The notes below the pieces were generated by a model that worked only from the letters and a program-made list of their open reading frames with translations, made no database searches and had not been told where the DNA came from. From NCBI GenBank assembly GCA_032718475.1, contig JAUCBJ010004986.1:1-64000 (forward strand): a DNA stretch of 64,000 nt, in the 5' to 3' direction. The stretch is from Nemertoderma westbladi (Eukaryota > Animalia > Xenacoelomorpha). The position numbers were made by a program, and so were the translations under genes. Shown piece by piece: positions 1-15,000 of this stretch (within the stretch, counting starts at the first letter, position 1; each line of letters starts with the position of its first letter).

Positions 1-3000
1 AACATTGTGTGATCGTGGCGTTTATTTAATCATACAAGTAGGTAGGTAGACAAACATTGTGTGATCGTGGCGTTTATTTAATCATAAGTGGGATAACAAA
101 CATTGTGTGATCGTGGCGTTTATTTAATCATACAAGTGGGTAGACAAACATTGTGTGATCGTGGCGTTTATTTAATCATACAAGTAGGTAGGTAGACAAA
201 CATTGTGTGATGGTGGCGTTTATTTAATCATACAAGTGGGTAGACAAACATTGTGTGATCGTGGCGTTTATTTAATCATAAGTGGGATAACAAACATTGT
301 GTGATCGTGGTGTTTATTTAATCATACAAGTGGGTAGACAAACATTGTGTGATCGTGGCGTTTATTTAATCATACAAGTGGGTAGGTAGACAAACATTGT
401 GTGATCGTGGCGTTTATTTAATCATACAAGTAGGTAGGTAGACAAACATTGTGTGATCGTGGCGTTTATTTAATCATAAGTGGGATAACAAACATTGTGT
501 GATCGTGGTGTTTATTTAATCATACAAGTGGGTAGATAAACATTGTGTGATCGTGGCGTTTATTTAATCATACAAGTGGGTAGGTAGACAAACATTGTGT
601 GATCGTGGCGTTTATTTAATCATAAGTGGGATAACAAACATTGTGTGATCGTGGTGTTTATTTAATCATACAAGTGGGTAGGTAGACAAACATTGTGTGA
701 TCGTGGCGTTTATTTAATCATACAAGTGGGTAGATAAACATTGTGTGATCGTGGCGTTTATTTAATCATACAAGTGGGTAGGTAGACAAACATTGTGTGA
801 TCGTGGCGTTTATTTAATCATACAAGTGGGTAGGTAGACAAACATTGTGTGATCGTGGAGTTTATTTAATCATACAAGTAGGTAGGTAGACAAACATTGT
901 GTGATCGTGGCGTTTATTTAATCATAAGTGGGATAACAAACATTGTGTGATCGTGGTGTTTATTTAATCATACAAGTGGGTAGACAAACATTGTGTGATC
1001 GTGGCGTTTATTTAATCATACAAGTAGGTAGGTAGACAAACATTGTGTGATCGTGGCGTTTATTTAATCATAAGTGGGATAACAAACATTGTGTGATCGT
1101 GGTGTTTATTTAATCATACAAGTGGGTAGGTAGACAAACATTGTGTGATCGTGGCGTTTATTTAATCATACAAGTGGGTAGGTAGACAAACATTGTGTGA
1201 TCGTGGCGTTTATTTAATCATACAAGTGGGTAGATAAACATTGTGTGATCGTGGCGTTTATTTAATCATACAAGTGGGTAGGTAGACAAACATTGTGTGA
1301 TCGTGGCGTTTATTTAATCATACAAGTGGGTAGGTAGACAAACATTGTGTGATCGTGGCGTTTATTTAATCATACAAGTGGGTAGACAAACATTGTGTGA
1401 TCGTGGCGTTTATTTAATCATAAGTGGGATAACAAACATTGTGTGATCGTGGCGTTTATTTAATCATACAAGTGGGTAGGTAGACAAACATTGTGTGATC
1501 GTGGCGTTTATTTAATCATACAAGTGGGTAGGTAGACAAACATTGTGTGATCGTGGCGTTTATTTAATCATACAAGTAGGTAGGTAGACAAACATTGTGT
1601 GATCGTGGCGTTTATTTAATCATACAAGTAGGTAGACAAACATTGTGTGATCGTGGCGTTTATTTAATCATACAAGTGGGTAGGTAGACAAACATTGTGT
1701 GATCGTGGCGTTTATTTAATCATACAAGTAGGTAGGTAGACAAACATTGTGTGATCGTGGCGTTTATTTAATCATACAAGTAGGTAGACAAACATTGTGT
1801 GATCGTGGCGTTTATTTAATCATACAAGTGGGTAGGTAGACAAACATTGTGTGATCGTGGCGTTTATTTAATCATACAAGTGGGTAGGTAGACAAACATT
1901 GTGTGATCGTGGCGTTTATTTAATCATACAAGTGGGTAGGTAGACAAACATTGTGTGATCGTGGTGTTTATTTAATCATAAGTGGGATAACAAACATTGT
2001 GTGATCGTGGTGTTTATTTAATCATACAAGTGGGTAGGTAGACAAACATTGTGTGATCGTGGCGTTTATTTAATCATACAAGTAGGTAGGTAGACAAACA
2101 TTGTGTGATCGTGGCGTTTATTTAATCATAAGTGGGATAACAAACATTGTGTGATCGTGGTGTTTATTTAATCATACAAGTGGGTAGACAAACATTGTGT
2201 GATCGTGGTGTTTATTTAATCATACAAGTAGGTAGACAAACATTGTGTGATCGTGGCGTTTATTTAATCATACAAGTGGGTAGGTAGACAAACATTGTGT
2301 GATCGTGGCGTTTATTTAATCATACAAGTAGGTAGACAAACATTGTGTGATCGTGGCGTTTATTTAATCATACAAGTGGGTAGGTAGACAAACATTGTGT
2401 GATCGTGGCGTTTATTTAATCATACAAGTGGGTAGGTAGACAAACATTGTGTGATCGTGGCGTTTATTTAATCATACAAGTAGGTAGACAAACATTGTGT
2501 GATCGTGGCGTTTATTTAATCATACAAGTGGGTAGGTAGACAAACATTGTGTGATCGTGGCGTTTATTTAATCATACAAGTGGGTAGGTAGACAAACATT
2601 GTGTGATCGTGGCGTTTATTTAATCATACAAGTGGGTAGGTAGACAAACATTGTGTGATCGTGGCGTTTATTTAATCATACAAGTAGGTAGACAAACATT
2701 GTGTGATCGTGGCGTTTATTTAATCATACAAGTAGGTAGACAAACATTGTGTGATCGTGGCGTTTATTTAATCATACAAGTGGGTAGGTAGACAAACATT
2801 GTGTGATCGTGGCGTTTATTTAATCATACAAGTGGGTAGGTAGACAAACATTGTGTGATCGTGGTGTTTATTTAATCATACAAGTGGGTAGGTAGACAAA
2901 CATTGTGTGATCGTGGCGTTTATTTAATCATCAAGTGGGATAACAAACATTGTGTGATCGTGGCGTTTATTTAATCATACAAGTGGGTAGGTAGACAAAC

Positions 3001-6000
3001 ATTGTGTGATCGTGGCGTTTATTTAATCATACAAGTGGGTAGGTAGACAAACATTGTGTGATCGTGGCGTTTATTTAATCATACAAGTGAGTAGGTAGAC
3101 AAACATTGTGTGATCGTGGCGTTTATTTAATCATACAAGTGGGTAGGTAGACAAACATTGTGTGATCGTGGCGTTTATTTAATCATACAAGTGGGTAGGT
3201 AGACAAACATTGTGTGATCGTGGCGTTTATTTAATCATACAAGTGGGTAGGTAGACAAACATTGTGTGATCGTGGCGTTTATTTAATCATAAGTGGGATA
3301 ACAAACATTGTGTGATCGTGGCGTTTATTTAATCATACAAGTGGGTAGGTAGACAAACATTGTGTGATCGTGGCGTTTATTTAATCATACAAGTGGGTAG
3401 GTAGCAAACATTGTGTGATCGTGGCGTTTATTTAATCATACAAGTAGGTAGGTAGACAAACATTGTGTGATCGTGGCGTTTATTTAATCATACAAGTAGG
3501 TAGGTAGACAAACATTGTGTGATCGTGGCGTTTATTTAATCATACAAGTGGGTAGACAAACATTGTGTGATCGTGGCGTTTATTTAATCATACAAGTAGG
3601 TAGGTAGACAAACATTGTGTGATCGTGGCGTTTATTTAATCATAAGTGGGATAACAAACATTGTGTGATCGTGGTGTTTATTTAATCATACAAGTGGGTA
3701 TACAAACATTGTGTGATCGTGGCGTTTATTTAATCATACAAGTAGGTAGGTAGACAAACATTGTGTGATCGTGGCGTTTATTTAATCATAAGTGGGATAA
3801 CAAACATTGTGTGATCGTGGTGTTTATTTAATCATACAAGTGGGTATACAAACATTGTGTGATCGTGGCGTTTATTTAATCATACAAGTAGGTAGGTAGA
3901 CAAACATTGTGTGATCGTGGCGTTTATTTAATCATACAAGTGGGTAGGTAGACAAACATTGTGTGATCGTGGCGTTTATTTAATCATACAAGTGGGTATA
4001 CAAACATTGTGTGATCGTGGCGTTTATTTAATCATACAAGTAGGTAGGTAGACAAACATTGTGTGATCGTGGCGTTTATTTAATCATACAAGTAGGTAGG
4101 TAGACAAACATTGTGTGATCGTGGCGTTTATTTAATCATACAAGTGGGTAGACAAACATTGTGTGATCGTGGCGTTTATTTAATCATACAAGTGGGTAGG
4201 TAGACAAACATTGTGTGATCGTGGCGTTTATTTAATCATACAAGTGGGTAGGTAGACAAACATTGTGTGATCGTGGCGTTTATTTAATCATACAAGTGGG
4301 TAGGTAGACAAACATTGTGTGATCGTGGCGTTTATTTAATCATACAAGTGGGTAGGTAGACAAACATTGTGTGATCGTGGCGTTTATTTAATCATACAAG
4401 TGGGTAGGTAGACAAACATTGTGTGATCGTGGCGTTTATTTAATCATACAAGTGGGTAGGTAGACAAACATTGTGTGATCGTGGCGTTTATTTAATCATA
4501 CAAGTGGGTAGGTAGACAAACATTGTGTGATCGTGGCGTTTATTTAATCATACAAGTGGGTAGACAAACATTGTGTGATCGTGGCGTTTATTTAATCATA
4601 CAAGTGGGTAGGTAGACAAACATTGTGTGATCGTGGCGTTTATTTAATCATACAAGTGGGTAGGTAGACAAACATTGTGTGATCGTGGCGTTTATTTAAT
4701 CATACAAGTGGGTAGGTAGACAAACATTGTGTGATCGTGGCGTTTATTTAATCATACAAGTGGGTAGGTAGACAAACATTGTGTGATCGTGGCGTTTATT
4801 TAATCATACAAGTGGGTAGGTAGACAAACATTGTGTGATCGTGGCGTTTATTTAATCATACAAGTGGGTAGGTAGACAAACATTGTGTGATCGTGGCGTT
4901 TATTTAATCATACAAGTGGGTAGGTAGACAAACATTGTGTGATCGTGGCGTTTATTTAATCATACAAGTGGGTAGGTAGACAAACATTGTGTGATCGTGG
5001 CGTTTATTTAATCATACAAGTGGGTAGGTAGACAAACATTGTGTGATCGTGGCGTTTATTTAATCATACAAGTGGGTAGGTAGACAAACATTGTGTGATC
5101 GTGGCGTTTATTTAATCATACAAGTGGGTAGGTAGACAAACATTGTGTGATCGTGGCGTTTATTTAATCATACAAGTGGGTAGGTAGACAAACATTGTGT
5201 GATCGTGGCGTTTATTTAATCATACAAGTGGGTAGGTAGACAAACATTGTGTGATCGTGGCGTTTATTTAATCATACAAGTGGGTAGGTAGACAAACATT
5301 GTGTGATCGTGGCGTTTATTTAATCATACAAGTGGGTAGGTAGACAAACATTGTGTGATCGTGGCGTTTATTTAATCATACAAGTGGGTAGGTAGACAAA
5401 CATTGTGTGATCGTGGCGTTTATTTAATCATACAAGTGGGTAGGTAGACAAACATTGTGTGATCGTGGCGTTTATTTAATCATACAAGTGGGTAGGTAGA
5501 CAAACATTGTGTGATCGTGGCGTTTATTTAATCATACAAGTGGGTAGGTAGACAAACATTGTGTGATCGTGGCGTTTATTTAATCATACAAGTGGGTAGG
5601 TAGACAAACATTGTGTGATCGTGGCGTTTATTTAATCATACAAGTGGGTAGGTAGACAAACATTGTGTGATCGTGGCGTTTATTTAATCATACAAGTGGG
5701 TAGGTAGACAAACATTGTGTGATCGTGGCGTTTATTTAATCATACAAGTGGGTAGGTAGACAAACATTGTGTGATCGTGGCGTTTATTTAATCATACAAG
5801 TGGGTAGGTAGACAAACATTGTGTGATCGTGGCGTTTATTTAATCATACAAGTGGGTAGGTAGACAAACATTGTGTGATCGTGGCGTTTATTTAATCATA
5901 CAAGTGGGTAGGTAGACAAACATTGTGTGATCGTGGCGTTTATTTAATCATACAAGTGGGTAGGTAGACAAACATTGTGTGATCGTGGCGTTTATTTAAT

Positions 6001-9000
6001 CATACAAGTGGGTAGGTAGACAAACATTGTGTGATCGTGGCGTTTATTTAATCATACAAGTGAGGTAGACAAACATTGTGTGATCGTGGCGTTTATTTAA
6101 TCATACAAGTGGGTAGGTAGACAAACATTGTGTGATCGTGGCGTTTATTTAATCATACAAGTGGGTAGGTAGACAAACATTGTGTGATCGTGGCGTTTAT
6201 TTAATCATACAAGTGGGTAGGTAGACAAACATTGTGTGATCGTGGCGTTTATTTAATCATACAAGTGGGTAGGTAGACAAACATTGTGTGATCGTGGCGT
6301 TTATTTAATCATACAAGTGGGTAGGTAGACAAACATTGTGTGATCGTGGCGTTTATTTAATCATACAAGTGGGTAGGTAGACAAACATTGTGTGATCGTG
6401 GCGTTTATTTAATCATACAAGTGGGTAGACAAACATTGTGTGATCGTGGCGTTTATTTAATCATACAAGTGGGTAGGTAGACAAACATTGTGTGATCGTG
6501 GCGTTTATTTAATCATACAAGTGGGTGGTAGACAAACATTGTGTGATCGTGGCGTTTATTTAATCATACAAGTGGGTAGGTAGACAAACATTGTGTGATC
6601 GTGGCGTTTATTTAATCATACAAGTGGGAGGTAGACAAACATTGTGTGATCGTGGCGTTTATTTAATCATACAAGTGGGTAGGTAGACAAACATTGTGTG
6701 ATCGTGGCGTTTATTTAATCATAAGTGGGATAACAAACATTGTGTGATCGTGGCGTTTATTTAATCATACAAGTGGGTAGGTAGACAAACATTGTGTGAT
6801 CGTGGCGTTTATTTAATCATACAAGTGGGTAGGTAGACAAACATTGTGTGATCGTGGCGTTTATTTAATCATACAAGTGGGATAGACAAACATTGTGTGA
6901 TCGTGGCGTTTATTTAATCATACAAGTGGGTAGTAGACAAACATTGTGTGATCGTGGCGTTTATTTAATCATACAAGTGGGTAGGTAGACAAACATTGTG
7001 TGATCGTGGCGTTTATTTAATCATACAAGTGGGTAGGTAGACAAACATTGTGTGATCGTGGCGTTTATTTAATCATACAAGTGGGTAGGTAGACAAACAT
7101 TGTGTGATCGTGGCGTTTATTTAATCATACAAGTGGGTAGGTAGACAAACATTGTGTGATCGTGGCGTTTATTTAATCATACAAGTGGGTAGGTAGACAA
7201 ACATTGTGTGATCGTGGCGTTTATTTAATCATACAAGTGGGTAGGTAGACAAACATTGTGTGATCGTGGCGTTTATTTAATCATACAAGTGGGTAGGTAG
7301 ACAAACATTGTGTGATCGTGGCGTTTATTTAATCATACAAGTGGGTAGGTAGACAAACATTGTGTGATCGTGGCGTTTATTTAATCATACAAGTGGGTAG
7401 GTAGACAAACATTGTGTGATCGTGGCGTTTATTTAATCATACAAGTGGGTAGGTAGACAAACATTGTGTGATCGTGGCGTTTATTTAATCATACAAGTGG
7501 GTAGGTAGACAAACATTGTGTGATCGTGGCGTTTATTTAATCATACAAGTAGGATAGACAAACATTGTGTGATCGTGGCGTTTATTTAATCATACAAGTG
7601 GGTAGGTAGACAAACATTGTGTGATCGTGGCGTTTATTTAATCATACAAGTGGGTAGGTAGACAAACATTGTGTGATCGTGGCGTTTATTTAATCATACA
7701 AGTGGGTAGGTAGACAAACATTGTGTGATCGTGGCGTTTATTTAATCATACAAGTGGGTAGGTAGACAAACATTGTGTGATCGTGGCGTTTATTTAATCA
7801 TACAAGTGGGTAGGTAGACAAACATTGTGTGATCGTGGCGTTTATTTAATCATACAAGTGGGTAGGTAGACAAACATTGTGTGATCGTGGCGTTTATTTA
7901 ATCATACAAGTGGGTAGACAAACATTGTGTGATCGTGGCGTTTATTTAATCATACAAGTGGGTAGGTAGACAAACATTGTGTGATCGTGGCGTTTATTTA
8001 ATCATACAAGTGGGTAGACAAACATTGTGTGATCGTGGCGTTTATTTAATCATACAAGTGGGTAGGTAGACAAACATTGTGTGATCGTGGCGTTTATTTA
8101 ATCATACAAGTGGGTAGACAAACATTGTGTGATCGTGGCGTTTATTTAATCATACAAGTGGGTAGGTAGACAAACATTGTGTGATCGTGGCGTTTATTTA
8201 ATCATACAAGTGGGTAGACAAACATTGTGTGATCGTGGCGTTTATTTAATCATACAAGTGGGTAGACAAACATTGTGTGATCGTGGCGTTTATTTAATCA
8301 TACAAGTGGGTAGGTAGACAAACATTGTGTGATCGTGGCGTTTATTTAATCATACAAGTGGGTAGACAAACATTGTGTGATCGTGGCGTTTATTTAATCA
8401 TACAAGTGGGTAGGTAGACAAACATTGTGTGATCGTGGCGTTTATTTAATCATACAAGTGGGTAGACAAACATTGTGTGATCGTGGCGTTTATTTAATCA
8501 TACAAGTGGGTAGACAAACATTGTGTGATCGTGGCGTTTATTTAATCATACAAGTGGGTAGACAAACATTGTGTGATCGTGGCGTTTATTTAATCATACA
8601 AGTGAGGTAGACAAACATTGTGTGATCGTGGCGTTTATTTAATCATACAAGTGGGTAGGTAGACAAACATTGTGTGATCGTGGCGTTTATTTAATCATAC
8701 AAGTGGGTAGGTAGACAAACATTGTGTGATCGTGGCGTTTATTTAATCATACAAGTAGGTAGACAAACATTGTGTGATCGTGGCGTTTATTTAATCATAC
8801 AAGTAGGTAGACAAACATTGTGTGATCGTGGCGTTTATTTAATCATACAAGTGGGTAGACAAACATTGTGTGATCGTGGCGTTTATTTAATCATACAAGT
8901 GGGTAGGTAGACAAACATTGTGTGATCGTGGCGTTTATTTAATCATACAAGTGGGTAGACAAACATTGTGTGATCGTGGCGTTTATTTAATCATACAAGT

Positions 9001-12000
9001 GGGTAGACAAACATTGTGTGATCGTGGCGTTTATTTAATCATACAAGTAGGTAGGTAGACAAACATTGTGTGATCGTGGCGTTTATTTAATCATACAAGG
9101 TAGGTAGACAAACATTGTGTGATCGTGGCGTTTATTTAATCATACAAGTGGGTAGACAAACATTGTGTGATCGTGGCGTTTATTTAATCATACAAGTGGG
9201 TAGGTAGACAAACATTGTGTGATCGTGGCGTTTATTTAATCATACAAGTGGGTAGACAAACATTGTGTGATCGTGGCGTTTATTTAATCATACAAGTGGG
9301 TAGGTAGACAAACATTGTGTGATCGTGGCGTTTATTTAATCATACAAGTGGGTAGGTAGACAAACATTGTGTGATCGTGGCGTTTATTTAATCATACAAG
9401 TGGGTAGGTAGACAAACATTGTGTGATCGTGGCGTTTATTTAATCATACAAGTGGGTAGGTAGACAAACATTGTGTGATCGTGGCGTTTATTTAATCATA
9501 CAAGTGGGTAGACAAACATTGTGTGATCGTGGCGTTTATTTAATCATACAAGTGGGTAGGTAGACAAACATTGTGTGATCGTGGCGTTTATTTAATCATA
9601 CAAGTGGGTAGGTAGACAAACATTGTGTGATCGTGGCGTTTATTTAATCATAAGTGGGATAACAAACATTGTGTGATCGTGGCGTTTATTTAATCATACA
9701 AGTGGGTAGGTAGACAAACATTGTGTGATCGTGGCGTTTATTTAATCATACAAGTGGGTAGGTAGACAAACATTGTGTGATCGTGGCGTTTATTTAATCA
9801 TACAAGTGGGTAGGTAGACAAACATTGTGTGATCGTGGCGTTTATTTAATCATACAAGTGGGTAGGTAGACAAACATTGTGTGATCGTGGCGTTTATTTA
9901 ATCATACAAGTGGGTAGACAAACATTGTGTGATCGTGGCGTTTATTTAATCATACAAGTGGGTAGGTAGACAAACATTGTGTGATCGTGGCGTTTATTTA
10001 ATCATACAAGTGGGTAGGTAGACAAACATTGTGTGATCGTGGCGTTTATTTAATCATACAAGTGGGTAGGTAGACAAACATTGTGTGATCGTGGCGTTTA
10101 TTTAATCATACAAGTGGGAGTAGACAAACATTGTGTGATCGTGGCGTTTATTTAATCATACAAGTGGGTAGGTAGACAAACATTGTGTGATCGTGGCGTT
10201 TATTTAATCATACAAGTGGGTAGGTAGACAAACATTGTGTGATCGTGGCGTTTATTTAATCATACAAGTGGGTAGGTAGACAAACATTGTGTGATCGTGG
10301 CGTTTATTTAATCATACAAGTGGGTAGGTAGACAAACATTGTGTGATCGTGGCGTTTATTTAATCATACAAGTGGGTAGGTAGACAAACATTGTGTGATC
10401 GTGGCGTTTATTTAATCATACAAGTGGGTAGGTAGACAAACATTGTGTGATCGTGGCGTTTATTTAATCATACAAGTGGGTAGGTAGACAAACATTGTGT
10501 GATCGTGGCGTTTATTTAATCATACAAGTGGGTAGGTAGACAAACATTGTGTGATCGTGGCGTTTATTTAATCATACAAGTGGGTAGGTAGACAAACATT
10601 GTGTGATCGTGGCGTTTATTTAATCATACAAGTGGGTAGGTAGACAAACATTGTGTGATCGTGGCGTTTATTTAATCATACAAGTGGGTAGGTAGACAAA
10701 CATTGTGTGATCGTGGCGTTTATTTAATCATACAAGTGGGTAGGTAGACAAACATTGTGTGATCGTGGCGTTTATTTAATCATACAAGTGGGTAGGTAGA
10801 CAAACATTGTGTGATCGTGGCGTTTATTTAATCATACAAGTGGTAGGTAGACAAACATTGTGTGATCGTGGCGTTTATTTAATCATACAAGTGGGTAGGT
10901 AGACAAACATTGTGTGATCGTGGCGTTTATTTAATCATACAAGTGGGTAGGTAGACAAACATTGTGTGATCGTGGCGTTTATTTAATCATACAAGTGGGT
11001 AGGTAGACAAACATTGTGTGATCGTGGCGTTTATTTAATCATACAAGTGGGTAGGTAGACAAACATTGTGTGATCGTGGCGTTTATTTAATCATACAAGT
11101 GGGTAGGTAGACAAACATTGTGTGATCGTGGCGTTTATTTAATCATACAAGTGGGTAGGTAGACAAACATTGTGTGATCGTGGCGTTTATTTAATCATAC
11201 AAGTGGGTAGGTAGACAAACATTGTGTGATCGTGGCGTTTATTTAATCATACAAGTGGGTAGGTAGACAAACATTGTGTGATCGTGGCGTTTATTTAATC
11301 ATACAAGTGGGTAGGTAGACAAACATTGTGTGATCGTGGCGTTTATTTAATCATACAAGTGGGTAGGTAGACAAACATTGTGTGATCGTGGCGTTTATTT
11401 AATCATACAAGTGGGTAGGTAGACAAACATTGTGTGATCGTGGCGTTTATTTAATCATACAAGTGGGTAGGTAGACAAACATTGTGTGATCGTGGCGTTT
11501 ATTTAATCATACAAGTGGGTAGACAAACATTGTGTGATCGTGGCGTTTATTTAATCATACAAGTGGGTAGACAAACATTGTGTGATCGTGGCGTTTATTT
11601 AATCATACAAGTGAGGTAGACAAACATTGTGTGATCGTGGCGTTTATTTAATCATACAAGTGGGTAGGTAGACAAACATTGTGTGATCGTGGCGTTTATT
11701 TAATCATACAAGTGGGTAGACAAACATTGTGTGATCGTGGCGTTTATTTAATCATACAAGTGGGTAGGTAGACAAACATTGTGTGATCGTGGCGTTTATT
11801 TAATCATACAAGTGGGTAGACAAACATTGTGTGATCGTGGCGTTTATTTAATCATACAAGTGTGGTAGACAAACATTGTGTGATCGTGGCGTTTATTTAA
11901 TCATACAAGTGGTGTAGACAAACATTGTGTGATCGTGGCGTTTATTTAATCATACAAGTGGGTAGACAAACATTGTGTGATCGTGGCGTTTATTTAATCA

Positions 12001-15000
12001 TACAAGTGGGTAGACAAACATTGTGTGATCGTGGCGTTTATTTAATCATACAAGTGGGTAGACAAACATTGTGTGATCGTGGCGTTTATTTAATCATACA
12101 AGTAGGTAGACAAACATTGTGTGATCGTGGCGTTTATTTAATCATACAAGTAGGTAGGTAGACAAACATTGTGTGATCGTGGCGTTTATTTAATCATACA
12201 AGTGGGTAGGTAGACAAACATTGTGTGATCGTGGCGTTTATTTAATCATACAAGTGGGTAGACAAACATTGTGTGATCGTGGCGTTTATTTAATCATACA
12301 AGTAGGTAGGTAGACAAACATTGTGTGATCGTGGCGTTTATTTAATCATACAAGTGGGTAGACAAACATTGTGTGATCGTGGCGTTTATTTAATCATACA
12401 AGTGGGTAGACAAACATTGTGTGATCGTGGCGTTTATTTAATCATACAAGTGGGTAGGTAGACAAACATTGTGTGATCGTGGCGTTTATTTAATCATACA
12501 AGTGGGTAGGTAGACAAACATTGTGTGATCGTGGCGTTTATTTAATCATACAAGTGGGTAGGTAGACAAACATTGTGTGATCGTGGCGTTTATTTAATCA
12601 TACAAGTGGGTAGACAAACATTGTGTGATCGTGGCGTTTATTTAATCATACAAGTGGGTAGGTAGACAAACATTGTGTGATCGTGGCGTTTATTTAATCA
12701 TACAAGTGGGTAGGTAGACAAACATTGTGTGATCGTGGCGTTTATTTAATCATACAAGGTAGGATAGACAAACATTGTGTGATCGTGGCGTTTATTTAAT
12801 CATACAAGTGGGTAGGTAGACAAACATTGTGTGATCGTGGCGTTTATTTAATCATACAAGTGGGTAGGTAGACAAACATTGTGTGATCGTGGCGTTTATT
12901 TAATCATACAAGTGGGTAGGTAGACAAACATTGTGTGATCGTGGCGTTTATTTAATCATACAAGTGGGTAGGTAGACAAACATTGTGTGATCGTGGCGTT
13001 TATTTAATCATACAAGTGGGTAGACAAACATTGTGTGATCGTGGCGTTTATTTAATCATACAAGTGGGTAGGTAGACAAACATTGTGTGATCGTGGCGTT
13101 TATTTAATCATACAAGTGGGTAGGTAGACAAACATTGTGTGATCGTGGCGTTTATTTAATCATACAAGTGGGTAGGTAGACAAACATTGTGTGATCGTGG
13201 CGTTTATTTAATCATAAGTAGGATAACAAACATTGTGTGATCGTGGTGTTTATTTAATCATACAAGTAGGTAGACAAACATTGTGTGATCGTGGCGTTTA
13301 TTTAATCATAAAAGTGGGTAGGTAGACAAACATTGTGTGATCGTGGCGTTTATTTAATCATACAAGTGGGTAGGTAGACAAACATTGTGTGATCGTGGCG
13401 TTTATTTAATCATACAAGTGGGTAGGTAGACAAACATTGTGTGATCGTGGCGTTTATTTAATCATACAAGTGGGTAGGTAGACAAACATTGTGTGATCGT
13501 GGCGTTTATTTAATCATACAAGTAGGTAGGTAGACAAACATTGTGTGATCGTGTCGTTTATTTAATCATACAAGTGGGTAGGTAGACAAACATTGTGTGA
13601 TCGTGGCGTTTATTTAATCATACAAGTGGGTAGGTAGACAAACATTGTGTGATCGTGGCGTTTATTTAATCATACAAGTGGGTAGGTAGACAAACATTGT
13701 GTGATCGTGGCGTTTATTTAATCATACAAGTGGGTAGGTAGACAAACATTGTGTGATCGTGGCGTTTATTTAATCATACAAGTGGGTAGGTAGACAAACA
13801 TTGTGTGATCGTGGCGTTTATTTAATCATACAAGTGGGTAGGTAGACAAACATTGTGTGATCGTGGCGTTTATTTAATCATAAGTAGGATAACAAACATT
13901 GTGTGATCGTGGTGTTTATTTAATCATACAAGTGGGTAGGTAGACAAACATTGTGTGATCGCGGCGTTTATTTAATCATACAAGTGGGTAGGTAGACAAA
14001 CATTGTGTGATCGTGGCGTTTATTTAATCATACAAGTGGGTAGGTAGACAAACATTGTGTGATCGTGGCGTTTATTTAATCATACAAGTGGGTAGGTAGA
14101 CAAACATTGTGTGATCGTGGCGTTTATTTAATCATACAAGTGGGTAGGTAGACAAACATTGTGTGATCGTGGCGTTTATTTAATCATACAAGTGGGTAGG
14201 TAGACAAACATTGTGTGATCGTGGCGTTTATTTAATCATACAAGTGGGTAGGTAGACAAACATTGTGTGATCGTAGCGTTTATTTAATCATACAAGTGGG
14301 TAGGTAGACAAACATTGTGTGATCGTGGCGTTTATTTAATCATACAAGTGGGTAGGTAGACAAACATTGTGTGATCGTGGCGTTTATTTAATCATACAAG
14401 TGGGTAGGTAGACAAACATTGTGTGATCGTGGCGTTTATTTAATCATACAAGTGGGTAGGTAGACAAACATTGTGTGATCGTGGCGTTTATTTAATCATA
14501 CAAGTGGGTAGGTAGACAAACATTGTGTGATCGTGGCGTTTATTTAATCATAAGTAGGATAACAAACATTGTGTGATCGTGGTGTTTATTTAATCATACA
14601 AGTGGGTAGGTAGACAAACATTGTGTGATCGTGGCGTTTATTTATTCATACAAGTGGGTAGGTAGACAAACATTGTGTGATCGTGGCATTTATTTAATCA
14701 TACAAGTGGGTAGGTAGACAAACATTGTGTGATCGTGGCGTTTATTTAATCATACAAGTGGGTAGGTAGACAAACATTGTGTGATCGTGGCGTTTATTTA
14801 ATCATACAAGTGGGTAGGTAGACAAACATTGTGTGATCGTGGCGTTTATTTAATCATACAAGTGGGTAGGTAGACAAACATTGTGTGATCGTAGCGTTTA
14901 TTTAATCATACAAGTGGGTAGGTAGACAAACATTGTGTGATCGTGGCGTTTATTTAATCATACAAGTGGGTAGGTAGACAAACATTGTGTGATCGTGGCG

